From: an uncultured Planctomycetia bacterium
Lineage (GTDB): Bacteria; Omnitrophota; Gorgyraeia; 2-02-FULL-51-18
Direction of reading: 5' to 3'
Assembly (NCBI GenBank): GCA_964431835.1
Contig: CAYSKO010000005.1
Location: 52,167-116,166, forward strand
Length of the DNA stretch: 64,000 nucleotides
The notes under the pieces were generated by a model, which saw only the letters and a program-made list of their open reading frames with translations, did no database searches and was not told where the DNA came from. Shown here piece by piece: positions 56,492-64,000 of the stretch. Positions within the stretch are counted from its first letter, which is position 1. Each line of letters opens with the position of its first letter. A program made the position numbers and the translations under genes.

Positions 56492-56722
56492 TCAGAATTG
56501 CCTGCTGAGGGCGGGGTCGCCGTCTTCGTTGAAGCCGAGCGTCGTCGTGTCGTCGAAGCGGAGCCCGAACTTGTCCTCTTCCTTCTTCGCGTAGAGCGAG
56601 AAACCGCCGAGCTCGGAAGAATCGACCGAGACGTCTGTGTTGCGTGCGGCCGCCGTGCGCGCGGCCAGGAACGCGAAGCCCGCTACGGCGAGGCAGAAAA
56701 GAGTTTTCGTGCGAAGCGTCAC
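56492..56722 (-). CDS. Small secreted hypothetical protein (76 aa)
   Basis: GTG start overlapping the upstream TGA; signal peptide TLFCLAVAGFAFLAARTAAA; C-terminal Phe. Confidence 0.65.
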   Translation of the reverse strand: MTLRTKTLFCLAVAGFAFLAARTAAARNTDVSVDSSELGGFSLYAKKEEDKFGLRFDDTTTLGFNEDGDPALSRQF

Positions 56723-56889
56723 TTGCCGGCTTCCTTTTCCGTGGGCTCGACGGGCTGCTTCTTCCCGAATCGGTCGCGGGTGTAGCGGAGAGCACTGTCC
56801 TGTCGCTCGACATCTGGGACTTCCAGGATGTCGTGCATGTTCATGTGCGCCTTGCGTTCGAGTTTGTTGCGGGAGCGATGCGTGGTCAT
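56719..56889 (-). CDS. Small hypothetical protein (56 aa), not in the ORF track
   Basis: MTTHRSRNKLERKAHMNMHDILEVPDVERQDSALRYTRDRFGKKQPVEPTEKEAGK. TACAAT lies 6 nt upstream and there is GTGA coupling to the next gene. Confidence 0.6.
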   Translation of the reverse strand: MTTHRSRNKLERKAHMNMHDILEVPDVERQDSALRYTRDRFGKKQPVEPTEKEAGK

Positions 56890-56989
56890 GGGGCCATTGT
56901 ATCACCGCTTCCGGGCCGCTGCCAAGCTCCCGACTTTTTTTTCGCGGCCAATCTGTGCTAGAATACTTTTTCGAAACCGGCGGAGGGTT

Positions 56990-57190
56990 ATGCTCGAAAA
57001 AATTTGCGACGTCTGCGGCGCGACCGAACAGGTCGAAATCGAAACTGTCACCAACGTGATGCCCCAGCCCGATGAGATGTACCCCGTCCTCCTCTGCGCC
57101 AAGCACAAAAAAGCGCTTCAGGACAAGCTCCTGGACATCACGCTCGACAAAGCCGGCAAGCTCAGTTTCGTCCTCAAGAAGAAAAGCTGA
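56990..57190 (+). CDS. Small putative zinc-binding protein (66 aa)
   Basis: GGAGG RBS; CDVC...LCAKH. Confidence 0.75.
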   Translation: MLEKICDVCGATEQVEIETVTNVMPQPDEMYPVLLCAKHKKALQDKLLDITLDKAGKLSFVLKKKS

Positions 57191-57193
57191 CGG

Positions 57194-57901
57194 CTAACTG
57201 CCGCCGAGGTAGGCGCTCCGGATCTCGGGGCGCCTCTCGATTTCCCGGGCGTCCCCTTCCAGCACGATCCTTCCCGTTTCCAACACGTAGGCCCTTCCCG
57301 CGACTTTAAGCGCCATGCGCGCGTTCTGCTCGACGAGAAGGATCGTCATCCCGTCGCGGTGAACCTCTTCGATTAGACGGAAAATCGCCGACACGAGGAT
57401 GGGCGCGAGCCCGAGCGACGGTTCGTCGAGGAGCAGCATCTTCGGACGGGACATGAGCGCCCGGCCAATCGCGAGCATCTGCTGCTCGCCTCCCGAAAGC
57501 GTGCCGGCGCGCTGTTTTTCGCGCTTCTTGAGGATCGGAAAGAGCCCGAAAACGCGCTCCATGTCCTTTTTCACCCCGTCCGCGTCCTTCCTGAGAAACG
57601 CGCCCATTTCGAGGTTCTCGAGAACGTCGAGCCTTTGAAATATTTTCCGGCCCTCCGGAACGTGCGAAAGACCCAGGCGCACGATCGCCTGCGGAGAAAG
57701 GGCGGAGACGTTTTTTCCTTCGAACTTGACCTCGCCCGTCGTCGGTCGCACGAGGCCCGAGATCGTCTTCAGGACCGTCGTCTTCCCCGCCCCGTTCGCA
57801 CCCAGGAGCGCGACGATCTCGCCCGGCTTCACAGAAAACGTAACGCTCTTCAGGCACTCGACCTTCCCGTAACGCGTGTGGACGTGGTTCACTTCAAGCA
57901 T
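57194..57901 (-). CDS. livF: Branched-chain amino acid ABC ATPase LivF
   Basis: GANGAGKTT, VPEGRKIF, LSGGEQQMLAIGRALM, DEPSLGLAP. Confidence 0.94.
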   Translation of the reverse strand: MLEVNHVHTRYGKVECLKSVTFSVKPGEIVALLGANGAGKTTVLKTISGLVRPTTGEVKFEGKNVSALSPQAIVRLGLSHVPEGRKIFQRLDVLENLEMGAFLRKDADGVKKDMERVFGLFPILKKREKQRAGTLSGGEQQMLAIGRALMSRPKMLLLDEPSLGLAPILVSAIFRLIEEVHRDGMTILLVEQNARMALKVAGRAYVLETGRIVLEGDAREIERRPEIRSAYLGGS

Positions 57902-58664
57902 CGGCCACTCCCAGATACGCCTCGATCACGCGCGCGTTGCAGCGCACGCTCTCCGGCGATCCCTCCGCGATGCGTTCCCCTTCGTCCATCACGACCACGC
58001 GGTCCGAGAGGGGCATCACGACCTTCATGTCGTGCTCGATGAGGAGGATCGCGGTGCCCTTCTCGCGGATTTTCCGCACGAGCACGGCGATTTCTTCTTT
58101 TTCGGTGGGATTCATTCCCGCCACCGGTTCGTCGAGGAGGAGGAGCTTTGGCTCGCAGGCGAGCGCGCGTGCGATCTCGAGGCGTTTCTGTCCGCCGTAC
58201 GGCAGGTTCGCCGCGATCTCGTTGCCCGCGCCGCTCAACCCGATGAAGTGTAGAAGCTCTAGGCTCCGTGCGAGAATCATCCGCTCCTCGACGTGGTAGC
58301 GGCGCGTGCGCAGAACCGCGTCGAGAAACCCGGAACGCGTGCGCGTGTGGAAACCGATGGCCACGTTCTCGAGGACAGTCATGTTGCGGAAGATGCGGAG
58401 ATTCTGAAAGGTGCGCGCGACGCCGCACTCGAGAATCTTGTTCGGCGACAGTCCGTCCAATCGCCGCTCGCCCTCGCGGAAGAGGATCTCCCCCGAATCG
58501 ATGGACACGAGGCCCGTCACGCAGTTGAAGAAAGAGGTTTTACCGGCTCCGTTTGGGCCGATCAGCCCGACGATTTCGCCTTCACCCACCGTAAGGCTCA
58601 TGGCCTTCAGCGCCACGACGCCGCCGAAGCGCTTGGACACCGAGCGCACGTCAAGAAGCGGCAT
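57894..58664 (-). CDS. livG: Branched-chain amino acid ABC ATPase LivG
   Basis: GPNGAGKT, ARTFQN, LPYGGQKRLEIARAL, IEHDM, VIEAYLG. Confidence 0.94.
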   Translation of the reverse strand: MPLLDVRSVSKRFGGVVALKAMSLTVGEGEIVGLIGPNGAGKTSFFNCVTGLVSIDSGEILFREGERRLDGLSPNKILECGVARTFQNLRIFRNMTVLENVAIGFHTRTRSGFLDAVLRTRRYHVEERMILARSLELLHFIGLSGAGNEIAANLPYGGQKRLEIARALACEPKLLLLDEPVAGMNPTEKEEIAVLVRKIREKGTAILLIEHDMKVVMPLSDRVVVMDEGERIAEGSPESVRCNARVIEAYLGVADA

Positions 58665-59652
58665 CGACACCCTCCTCTTCTGCGTGTTTCTTGCGTTTGC
58701 CGAGCTCGCGCTGGATCAGCTGGCCTCCGAGTATCCCCTGCGGCCGGAAGATCATCATGAGGATCATGATCACGCCGAAAAGAAGCATGCGGTACGACGC
58801 GAAGCCGCGTAAAAGCTCCGGAAGAATGCCTAGGACGAGCGCCCCAAGGGCGGCGCCCCAAATGTTCCCGAGGCCGCCCAGGACCACCATGGCGAGAATG
58901 AGCACCGAGAGGACGAAGTCGAAGCTATCGGGGCTCACGATCGTCTGTTTGGACGCGAACACGGCTCCCGCCATTCCCGCGATGAAGGACGAGAGGCCGA
59001 ACGCGGTCAGCTTCACACGGAGCGCCGGAACGCCCATGCAGCCCGCGGCGAGCTCGTCTTCGCGTATCGCCACCAGCGCACGGCCGATCTTGGAATCCGA
59101 GAGCCTAAAAAGAACCCACGCCACGAGCGCCACGAGCGCGAGCGTGAGGTACACGTAAGGCGTCGCGTTGATGGAGAACTTATAACCGAAGAAAGTCGGA
59201 CGGTCGATGCCGAGAAGGCCGTTCGGCCCGCCGGTCCACGCGTCCAGGTTATTGAACGCGATGCGCACGATCTCGCCGAAGCCGAGGGTCGTGATCGCCA
59301 GGTAGTCGCCGCGGACGCGGATGGACGGCATGCCGATGAGGAGGCCAAAAGCCATCGAAACGAGGCCCGCTGCCGGGAGCCCGAGCCAGAAGGGACACCC
59401 CGTGTGGATATTCAGGAGCGCGTACGCGTATGCGCCGAGTGCGAAGAACGCCGCGTAGCCAAGATTGAGAAGACCCGCGAACCCGACGACGACGTTGAGC
59501 CCCATCGCGAGGATCGCGTAGATGCCGACCGTTGCCAGAAGATCCATGTGGTAGGCGTTTTTGTCGAAGAGCGGAATGAGCGCGAACGGGAAAAGGACGA
59601 GGAAAACGCGCGCCAGATGGGATTTTCTCAAGCGTTCCCGCAGCGCTTCCAT
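58651..59652 (-). CDS. livM: Branched-chain amino acid ABC permease LivM
   Basis: GLNVVVGFAGLLNLGYAAFFALGAY, RGDYLAITTLGFGEI, AIREDE. Confidence 0.93.
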   Translation of the reverse strand: MEALRERLRKSHLARVFLVLFPFALIPLFDKNAYHMDLLATVGIYAILAMGLNVVVGFAGLLNLGYAAFFALGAYAYALLNIHTGCPFWLGLPAAGLVSMAFGLLIGMPSIRVRGDYLAITTLGFGEIVRIAFNNLDAWTGGPNGLLGIDRPTFFGYKFSINATPYVYLTLALVALVAWVLFRLSDSKIGRALVAIREDELAAGCMGVPALRVKLTAFGLSSFIAGMAGAVFASKQTIVSPDSFDFVLSVLILAMVVLGGLGNIWGAALGALVLGILPELLRGFASYRMLLFGVIMILMMIFRPQGILGGQLIQRELGKRKKHAEEEGVDAAS

Positions 59653-59654
59653 CG

Positions 59655-60548
59655 TCAGACCTTGTCGGGGAGGTTTTCCCCGAGGAGCCCCGACGGCTTG
59701 AAGATGAGGACCGCCGCCAGGAGAACGAACGCGAACACGTCTTTCCACTCCGAAGAGACGTACCCCGCGCCCAGGCTCTCGAAGACGCCCAGGAGGATTC
59801 CCCCGAGCATCGCGCCGGGGATACTCCCGATCCCTCCGAACACGGCCGCGGTGAACGCTTTGATTCCCGCGAGATAACCGTCGTGGAAATTGATGCTGCC
59901 GTAGTAGATCGCGAAGAGGCCGCCGCCTACCGCCGCGAGCGTCGAACCGAGCACGAAAGTCTGGCGGATCACGCGGTTGGGCGAAATACCCATGAGTTCG
60001 GCGGCCTCGGCGTTCTCGGCGACGGCGCGCATCGCTTTTCCCGTTTTCGTGTTCTTCACGAACCACGTGAGGAAAATCATGAGCCCCGTCGCGACCGCGA
60101 AGATCACGATTTGGACGAGCGAAAGGGAGAAAGTTCCCACGTCGAAGCGGACCGGAGGCACGATATCGGGCACGCTCTGCTCTTTGGAGCCGTAGATCAG
60201 CATGACCGCATTTTGGAGGAAGAAGGAGACGCCGATGGACGTAATGAGCGCCGTGAGTTTGGGGGAACCGCGCAGCGGCTTGTACGCGGTGCGCTCGATC
60301 GCCGCGCCCAGAAGCGCCGACCCGAGCGCCGAGACGGCGAACGCCGCCGGAAGTGCAGCCCAGAACGGAAAGCCCGAAAACGCCAGGATCGCGGAGAGCG
60401 TGAGGTAGGCGCCGACCATGAACACTTCGCCGTGGGCGAAATTGATGAGCTGGATGACGCCGTAGACCATGGTGTAGCCGAGCGCGATCAGCGCGTAAAC
60501 CATGCCGATCGTGAGACCGTTCAGGAGCTGCTGGAGAAAAAGCTCCAT
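59655..60548 (-). CDS. livH: Branched-chain amino acid ABC permease LivH
   Basis: QQLLNGLTIGMVYALIALGYTMVYGVIQLINFAHGE, KAFTAAVFGGIG. Confidence 0.94.
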   Translation of the reverse strand: MELFLQQLLNGLTIGMVYALIALGYTMVYGVIQLINFAHGEVFMVGAYLTLSAILAFSGFPFWAALPAAFAVSALGSALLGAAIERTAYKPLRGSPKLTALITSIGVSFFLQNAVMLIYGSKEQSVPDIVPPVRFDVGTFSLSLVQIVIFAVATGLMIFLTWFVKNTKTGKAMRAVAENAEAAELMGISPNRVIRQTFVLGSTLAAVGGGLFAIYYGSINFHDGYLAGIKAFTAAVFGGIGSIPGAMLGGILLGVFESLGAGYVSSEWKDVFAFVLLAAVLIFKPSGLLGENLPDKV

Positions 60549-60558
60549 CGAACGGGCG

Positions 60559-61713
60559 TTAGGCCGCGGCGGCGGCCGGTGCCGCGGAGGAGGCGGGCTT
60601 GAACTCTTCGATGAACTGGAACTTGCCGTCCCGGACCTGGAAAATACCGACCGACTTGCCCACCGCATCGCCGCGGGCGTCGAAATTCACGGGCCCCAGG
60701 ATGCCGGGGAAATCTTTCGTCTTCTTCATCTCGGCAAGGATCGCCTCGCGGTCGTTCTTGCCGGCGCGCCGGATAGCGTCGATGAGGACATTCGCGGAGT
60801 CGTAGGCGTACGCCGCGAAAGAACCGATCTCGCCGTAGCGCGCTTCGTAACGCGCGACGAAGTCTTTGGCGTCGGGGAGCGATCTCGGGTCCACGCCGAG
60901 CATCGTGGCGTAAACACCCTCCCCCGCCGGCCCCGCGAGCTTCGGAAGCGACGGATCGAAAATGCCGTCTCCCGCCATCCATTCGGTCTCGAGGCCCACT
61001 TTTTTCGCTTGCCGAAGGAGAAGCGCCATCTCGGGATAGATTCCGCCGAAGAAAACGAGCTCGGGCTTCGTGGATTTGATCTTCGTGAGGAGGGGGGTGA
61101 AATCCTTCTCGCCCTGCGTGACGCCTTCGCGCCGGATCACTTCCCCGCCGCCCGCTTTGAATGATTTCTCGAACTGATCGGCCAGCCCTTTGCCGTAGGT
61201 CGTCTGGTCGTCCAGAATCACGATGCGCTTAAGCCCCAGCTTCGCAACGTAGCTAGCCGCCGCCGGCGCCTGGACGTCGTCGGTCGGGCAGACGCGGAAG
61301 AACGTGTCGAAACCCTGCTTCGAAATATCCGGATTGGTGGACGCGGGGCTCACTTGCGCGAGCCGCGCCTCGTGATAGATGGCGGAAGCGGCCTTCGTGC
61401 AGCTTGAATTGAAGTGGCCGACGACGGCCGCGACGGCCGGATCCGCGGCGAGTTTGTTGGCGGCGAGGACGGCCTGCGTGGGGTTGTGCTGGTCGTCGAG
61501 CGGGACGAGCTTGAGCTTCGCGTTTCCGAAAACGGGCCCTTTGACGTTGGCGTCCTCGATCGCCATGAGCGCTCCCTGCTGACAACCGATGCCGATGTAC
61601 GCCTGGTCGCCGGTGAGGGGCGCGACGAGTCCGATGGAAACCGTCTCGTCGGCGGCGGCCGGTACGCACACGAGTGCCGTTATCGCCAGAAACGCGGCCG
61701 CACGATGCGTCAT
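60559..61713 (-). CDS. Branched-chain amino acid ABC substrate-binding protein (LivJ/LivK)
   Basis: [41 protein letters not shown]. Confidence 0.92.
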   Translation of the reverse strand: MTHRAAAFLAITALVCVPAAADETVSIGLVAPLTGDQAYIGIGCQQGALMAIEDANVKGPVFGNAKLKLVPLDDQHNPTQAVLAANKLAADPAVAAVVGHFNSSCTKAASAIYHEARLAQVSPASTNPDISKQGFDTFFRVCPTDDVQAPAAASYVAKLGLKRIVILDDQTTYGKGLADQFEKSFKAGGGEVIRREGVTQGEKDFTPLLTKIKSTKPELVFFGGIYPEMALLLRQAKKVGLETEWMAGDGIFDPSLPKLAGPAGEGVYATMLGVDPRSLPDAKDFVARYEARYGEIGSFAAYAYDSANVLIDAIRRAGKNDREAILAEMKKTKDFPGILGPVNFDARGDAVGKSVGIFQVRDGKFQFIEEFKPASSAAPAAAAA

Positions 61714-62102
61714 TTGCCGGCCTTCGAGCGCTTGAGGCTCCGGAGAACGACCTCGAGCACCTGCTCCAGCTCTTCGAACGCGCCCATCTTCGAAAAGAAG
61801 CCGGAGATGTTGAGTTCCTTGGTTTTATGGATCATCGCGTCGTCCGCGTGCGCGGTGACCATGACGACCGGGATGGTTTTGTTGAATTCGCGGATCCTCG
61901 TGAGCACTTCTACCCCGTTCATCACCGGCATCTTGAAGTCGGTGAACACGATGTCCACGCGTCCGGATTTCACGATGTTCACGCCGGCTTCGCCGTCGCC
62001 CGTCGTCACGACGTCGTATCCCTTGGATTTCATCCAGAAGGCCATGGTCTCGAGGAAGTCGGGCTGGTCGTCGATAAAGAGGATTCGGATCGCGTCGGAC
62101 AT
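61710..62102 (-). CDS. Single-domain response regulator
   Basis: [24 protein letters not shown]. Confidence 0.92.
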   Translation of the reverse strand: MSDAIRILFIDDQPDFLETMAFWMKSKGYDVVTTGDGEAGVNIVKSGRVDIVFTDFKMPVMNGVEVLTRIREFNKTIPVVMVTAHADDAMIHKTKELNISGFFSKMGAFEELEQVLEVVLRSLKRSKAGK

Positions 62103-62112
62103 TTGTTTTTTA

Positions 62113-63588
62113 CTAGCCTCCCGCTTGGCGCTGCTTGACCGGTAAGGTGCACGTGAAGGTCGAACCCTTCTTCGACTCGCTCTCCGCCCAGATCTTTCCG
62201 CCGTGCCGTTCGACGATCTCTTTGGTGATCGAAAGGCCCAGCCCCGTCCCTACGATCCCCTGCTGGTCGCCGAACTGCTCGAAGCGCCCGAAGAGCTTCT
62301 TCATGTTCTCCGGAGTCATGCCGACGCCGGTGTCCGAGACGCTGAGAAGAACAGCCGTGCTGTCGGCGGCCCAGGCGGTCTTCACGGTGATCGTGCCCCC
62401 GTTGGGCGTGAATTTGATCGCGTTTCCGATGAGGTTGTTCAGAACCTGCGTGATCTTGTCCGGATCGACCGGAACCTCCGGGAGGCTCTTGTCGAATTGG
62501 CGCGCGATCTTGATGTCTTTGGTCTTGGACCACGTCTCGAGTGCGTCGCAGACGTCCGCGGCGACCCGGTCCAGGCGGGTCGGCACGATTTTGAGCCGGT
62601 AGGTTCCCGATTCGATCTTCGCCATGTCGAGGAGATCCTCGACGAGGCGGTGGAGCTGTCCCAGGTTCCGCGAGACAATATTGAGGAATTTTTCCTGATC
62701 GCTCGAAACGACTCCGGCGGCGCCGCTCGACAGAAGCGTCATCGCCTTCTGCATCGCGACGATCGGCGTCCGCAGCTCATGCGTGACGTTCGAGACGAAG
62801 CGGTTCTTTACCTCGTCGAGTTCTTTTTGCTTGGTGACGTCAGTGAGGACCTTCACCATGCCGACCGTCTGCCCGTTTTCGTTCTGGATGACGGCGCTGG
62901 ACGACCGCAGAATGCGGCGCGTGTTCTCGTCCTTCGACCTGAATTCTATCACCTTTTCGGAGCCGTCGCTAGAATCGCGGGTCAGCGAAACCATCACGTC
63001 GTCGCGGCTCCCGTCCAGGATGGACTGGCCGACCTTTTTCTCTTTCCCGAGCAGCTTTTCGGCCGACGGGTTCATGAGGAGGACTTCGCCCTTGTGGTTA
63101 ACGACCACGACGCCCTCGGCGATCGACTTCACAACCGCTTCGGTCGTCTTCTTTTCGATCTCGGACTTCTCGTACGCCTTCTGCGTCTCGACGAACTTCT
63201 GCTCGACTTCCTTGAACTGGCGTTTCACGGCGTCGACTTCGCGCCGCTTCTCCTGTTCGACGACTTGGTATTTGACGGAGTACTCCTGCTTGATCTCCTG
63301 CAGGAGGTTATGGGTTTCCTCTTCGACGATCTTGGAGAGAGCTTGGACGGTTTCTTCGGCGTGTTCGGCGCGGATGGGGAGCTTTTTAATCTTCTCGCGG
63401 ACGTCGGAGGGGACCTTGGTCGTGTTGACCTCGATCCGCTGGACGTCGAGGACGTCGATGTCGAGCTTGTTTTTGACGTGGGCGGTCTTATAAAGGACGA
63501 GCGCGGCGATGAGGCCGATTCCCGCCGCCATGCCGATGAGGACGGGAAGCGAGGTGCCGCCCGACTCCACCGCTAAAAAAAACGGCAT
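62113..63588 (-). CDS. Sensor histidine kinase (TM, coiled coil, PAS, HisKA, HATPase)
   Basis: [39 protein letters not shown]. Confidence 0.94.
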   Translation of the reverse strand: MPFFLAVESGGTSLPVLIGMAAGIGLIAALVLYKTAHVKNKLDIDVLDVQRIEVNTTKVPSDVREKIKKLPIRAEHAEETVQALSKIVEEETHNLLQEIKQEYSVKYQVVEQEKRREVDAVKRQFKEVEQKFVETQKAYEKSEIEKKTTEAVVKSIAEGVVVVNHKGEVLLMNPSAEKLLGKEKKVGQSILDGSRDDVMVSLTRDSSDGSEKVIEFRSKDENTRRILRSSSAVIQNENGQTVGMVKVLTDVTKQKELDEVKNRFVSNVTHELRTPIVAMQKAMTLLSSGAAGVVSSDQEKFLNIVSRNLGQLHRLVEDLLDMAKIESGTYRLKIVPTRLDRVAADVCDALETWSKTKDIKIARQFDKSLPEVPVDPDKITQVLNNLIGNAIKFTPNGGTITVKTAWAADSTAVLLSVSDTGVGMTPENMKKLFGRFEQFGDQQGIVGTGLGLSITKEIVERHGGKIWAESESKKGSTFTCTLPVKQRQAGG

Positions 63589-63591
63589 CCG

Positions 63592-64000
63592 CTATCCTCG
63601 GACGAGGACGATTTCGCCGCAAGCCGAGCGGGCGCCCGCGTTTCCGGCCGGCTGTGCGAAGTCGTCGACTTTCTCGTGGAAGACGACCGCGCGGCCCCCG
63701 ACCGAATACTTGCCGCCGCTGAGCGTGAGACCAGGAACAAGCGCTTCGTAGCTGCCGCTTCCGTCGGCGCCGACTTCGAAGTTACCGAGGTCGCCGGCGT
63801 GGGCCTGCAGGAGGCCGTCTTTCAGGAGATGGCCGTGGTGAACGCCGTCTGGATTATAGTGGTCTCCCGCGGCTTTGCCGGAGTCGGCGCAATCGCCGAA
63901 CTGATGGACATGGAAGCCGTGTTTGCCCGGGGAAGCGTTCCGGACGGTTCCGGTGACTTTGAGCCCTTCGGCGGTTTCCTGGAAAGTGATCTTGCCTTCG
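63592..64000 (-). CDS. sodC: Cu/Zn superoxide dismutase (5' end outside the window)
   Basis: Manual translation: HGFHVHQFGDC..AAGDHYNP..HAGDLGN..GRAVVFHEKVDD..GNAGARSACG, ending at TAG 63592-63594. Confidence 0.92.
   Translation of the reverse strand, partial: EGKITFQETAEGLKVTGTVRNASPGKHGFHVHQFGDCADSGKAAGDHYNPDGVHHGHLLKDGLLQAHAGDLGNFEVGADGSGSYEALVPGLTLSGGKYSVGGRAVVFHEKVDDFAQPAGNAGARSACGEIVLVRG

Noticed and set aside
32847-63576. Long antisense ORFs opposite cca, mgtE, typA, the spermidine synthase-like gene, HI0933 and the histidine kinase
   Set aside because: They mirror well-supported genes codon for codon, a known high-GC artefact, and have no independent motifs.
1-64000. rRNA, tRNA, CRISPR arrays, transposases
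   Set aside because: None recognised by eye, and the intergenic spaces are short. A tRNAscan/Infernal run would be needed to exclude small RNAs formally.

Overview
High-GC bacterial chromosomal window; the giant gene and gene content suggest a Candidatus Omnitrophota-like organism (inference). The ORF track misses the main feature: one minus-strand reading frame that starts at ATG 10229 and runs off the left edge with no stop (at least 3409 codons, translated by hand). It encodes a signal peptide, a roughly 550-aa domain with TIKI/TraB/ChaN-like motifs, and then a string of unrelated enzyme modules: a Ser/Thr kinase, a UPF0489/arginase-like metallohydrolase, two or three GNAT-like domains, four SAM-methyltransferase-like domains and a degenerate HATPase-like segment. 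A short linker motif, [GA]-[AV]-R-[MV]-[AV] ('GARMA'), occurs eight times, at the module junctions. This architecture suggests an exported, processed effector polyprotein (inference). Divergently transcribed is a complex-I-like nuoA-B-CD-H-I-J-K-L-M-N operon lacking nuoEFG, which runs directly into a complete mrpA-G antiporter operon. The rest is mostly housekeeping: rlmI-like, YacP NYN, two paralogous HTH_17 proteins, CDF, exbBD, CCA-adding enzyme, ahpC, pfkB, mgtE, ABC-2, K+/H+ antiporter, gpx, RRM, grxC, rluB, typA, csp, dusB, greA, membrane-fused spermidine synthase, maf, HI0933, dac, liv operon, HK/RR and a partial sodC. There is also a pair of inverted structured repeats and several apparently leaderless genes. 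I saw no rRNA, tRNA, CRISPR array, integrase or transposase. Family names come from motif recognition, not database searches.
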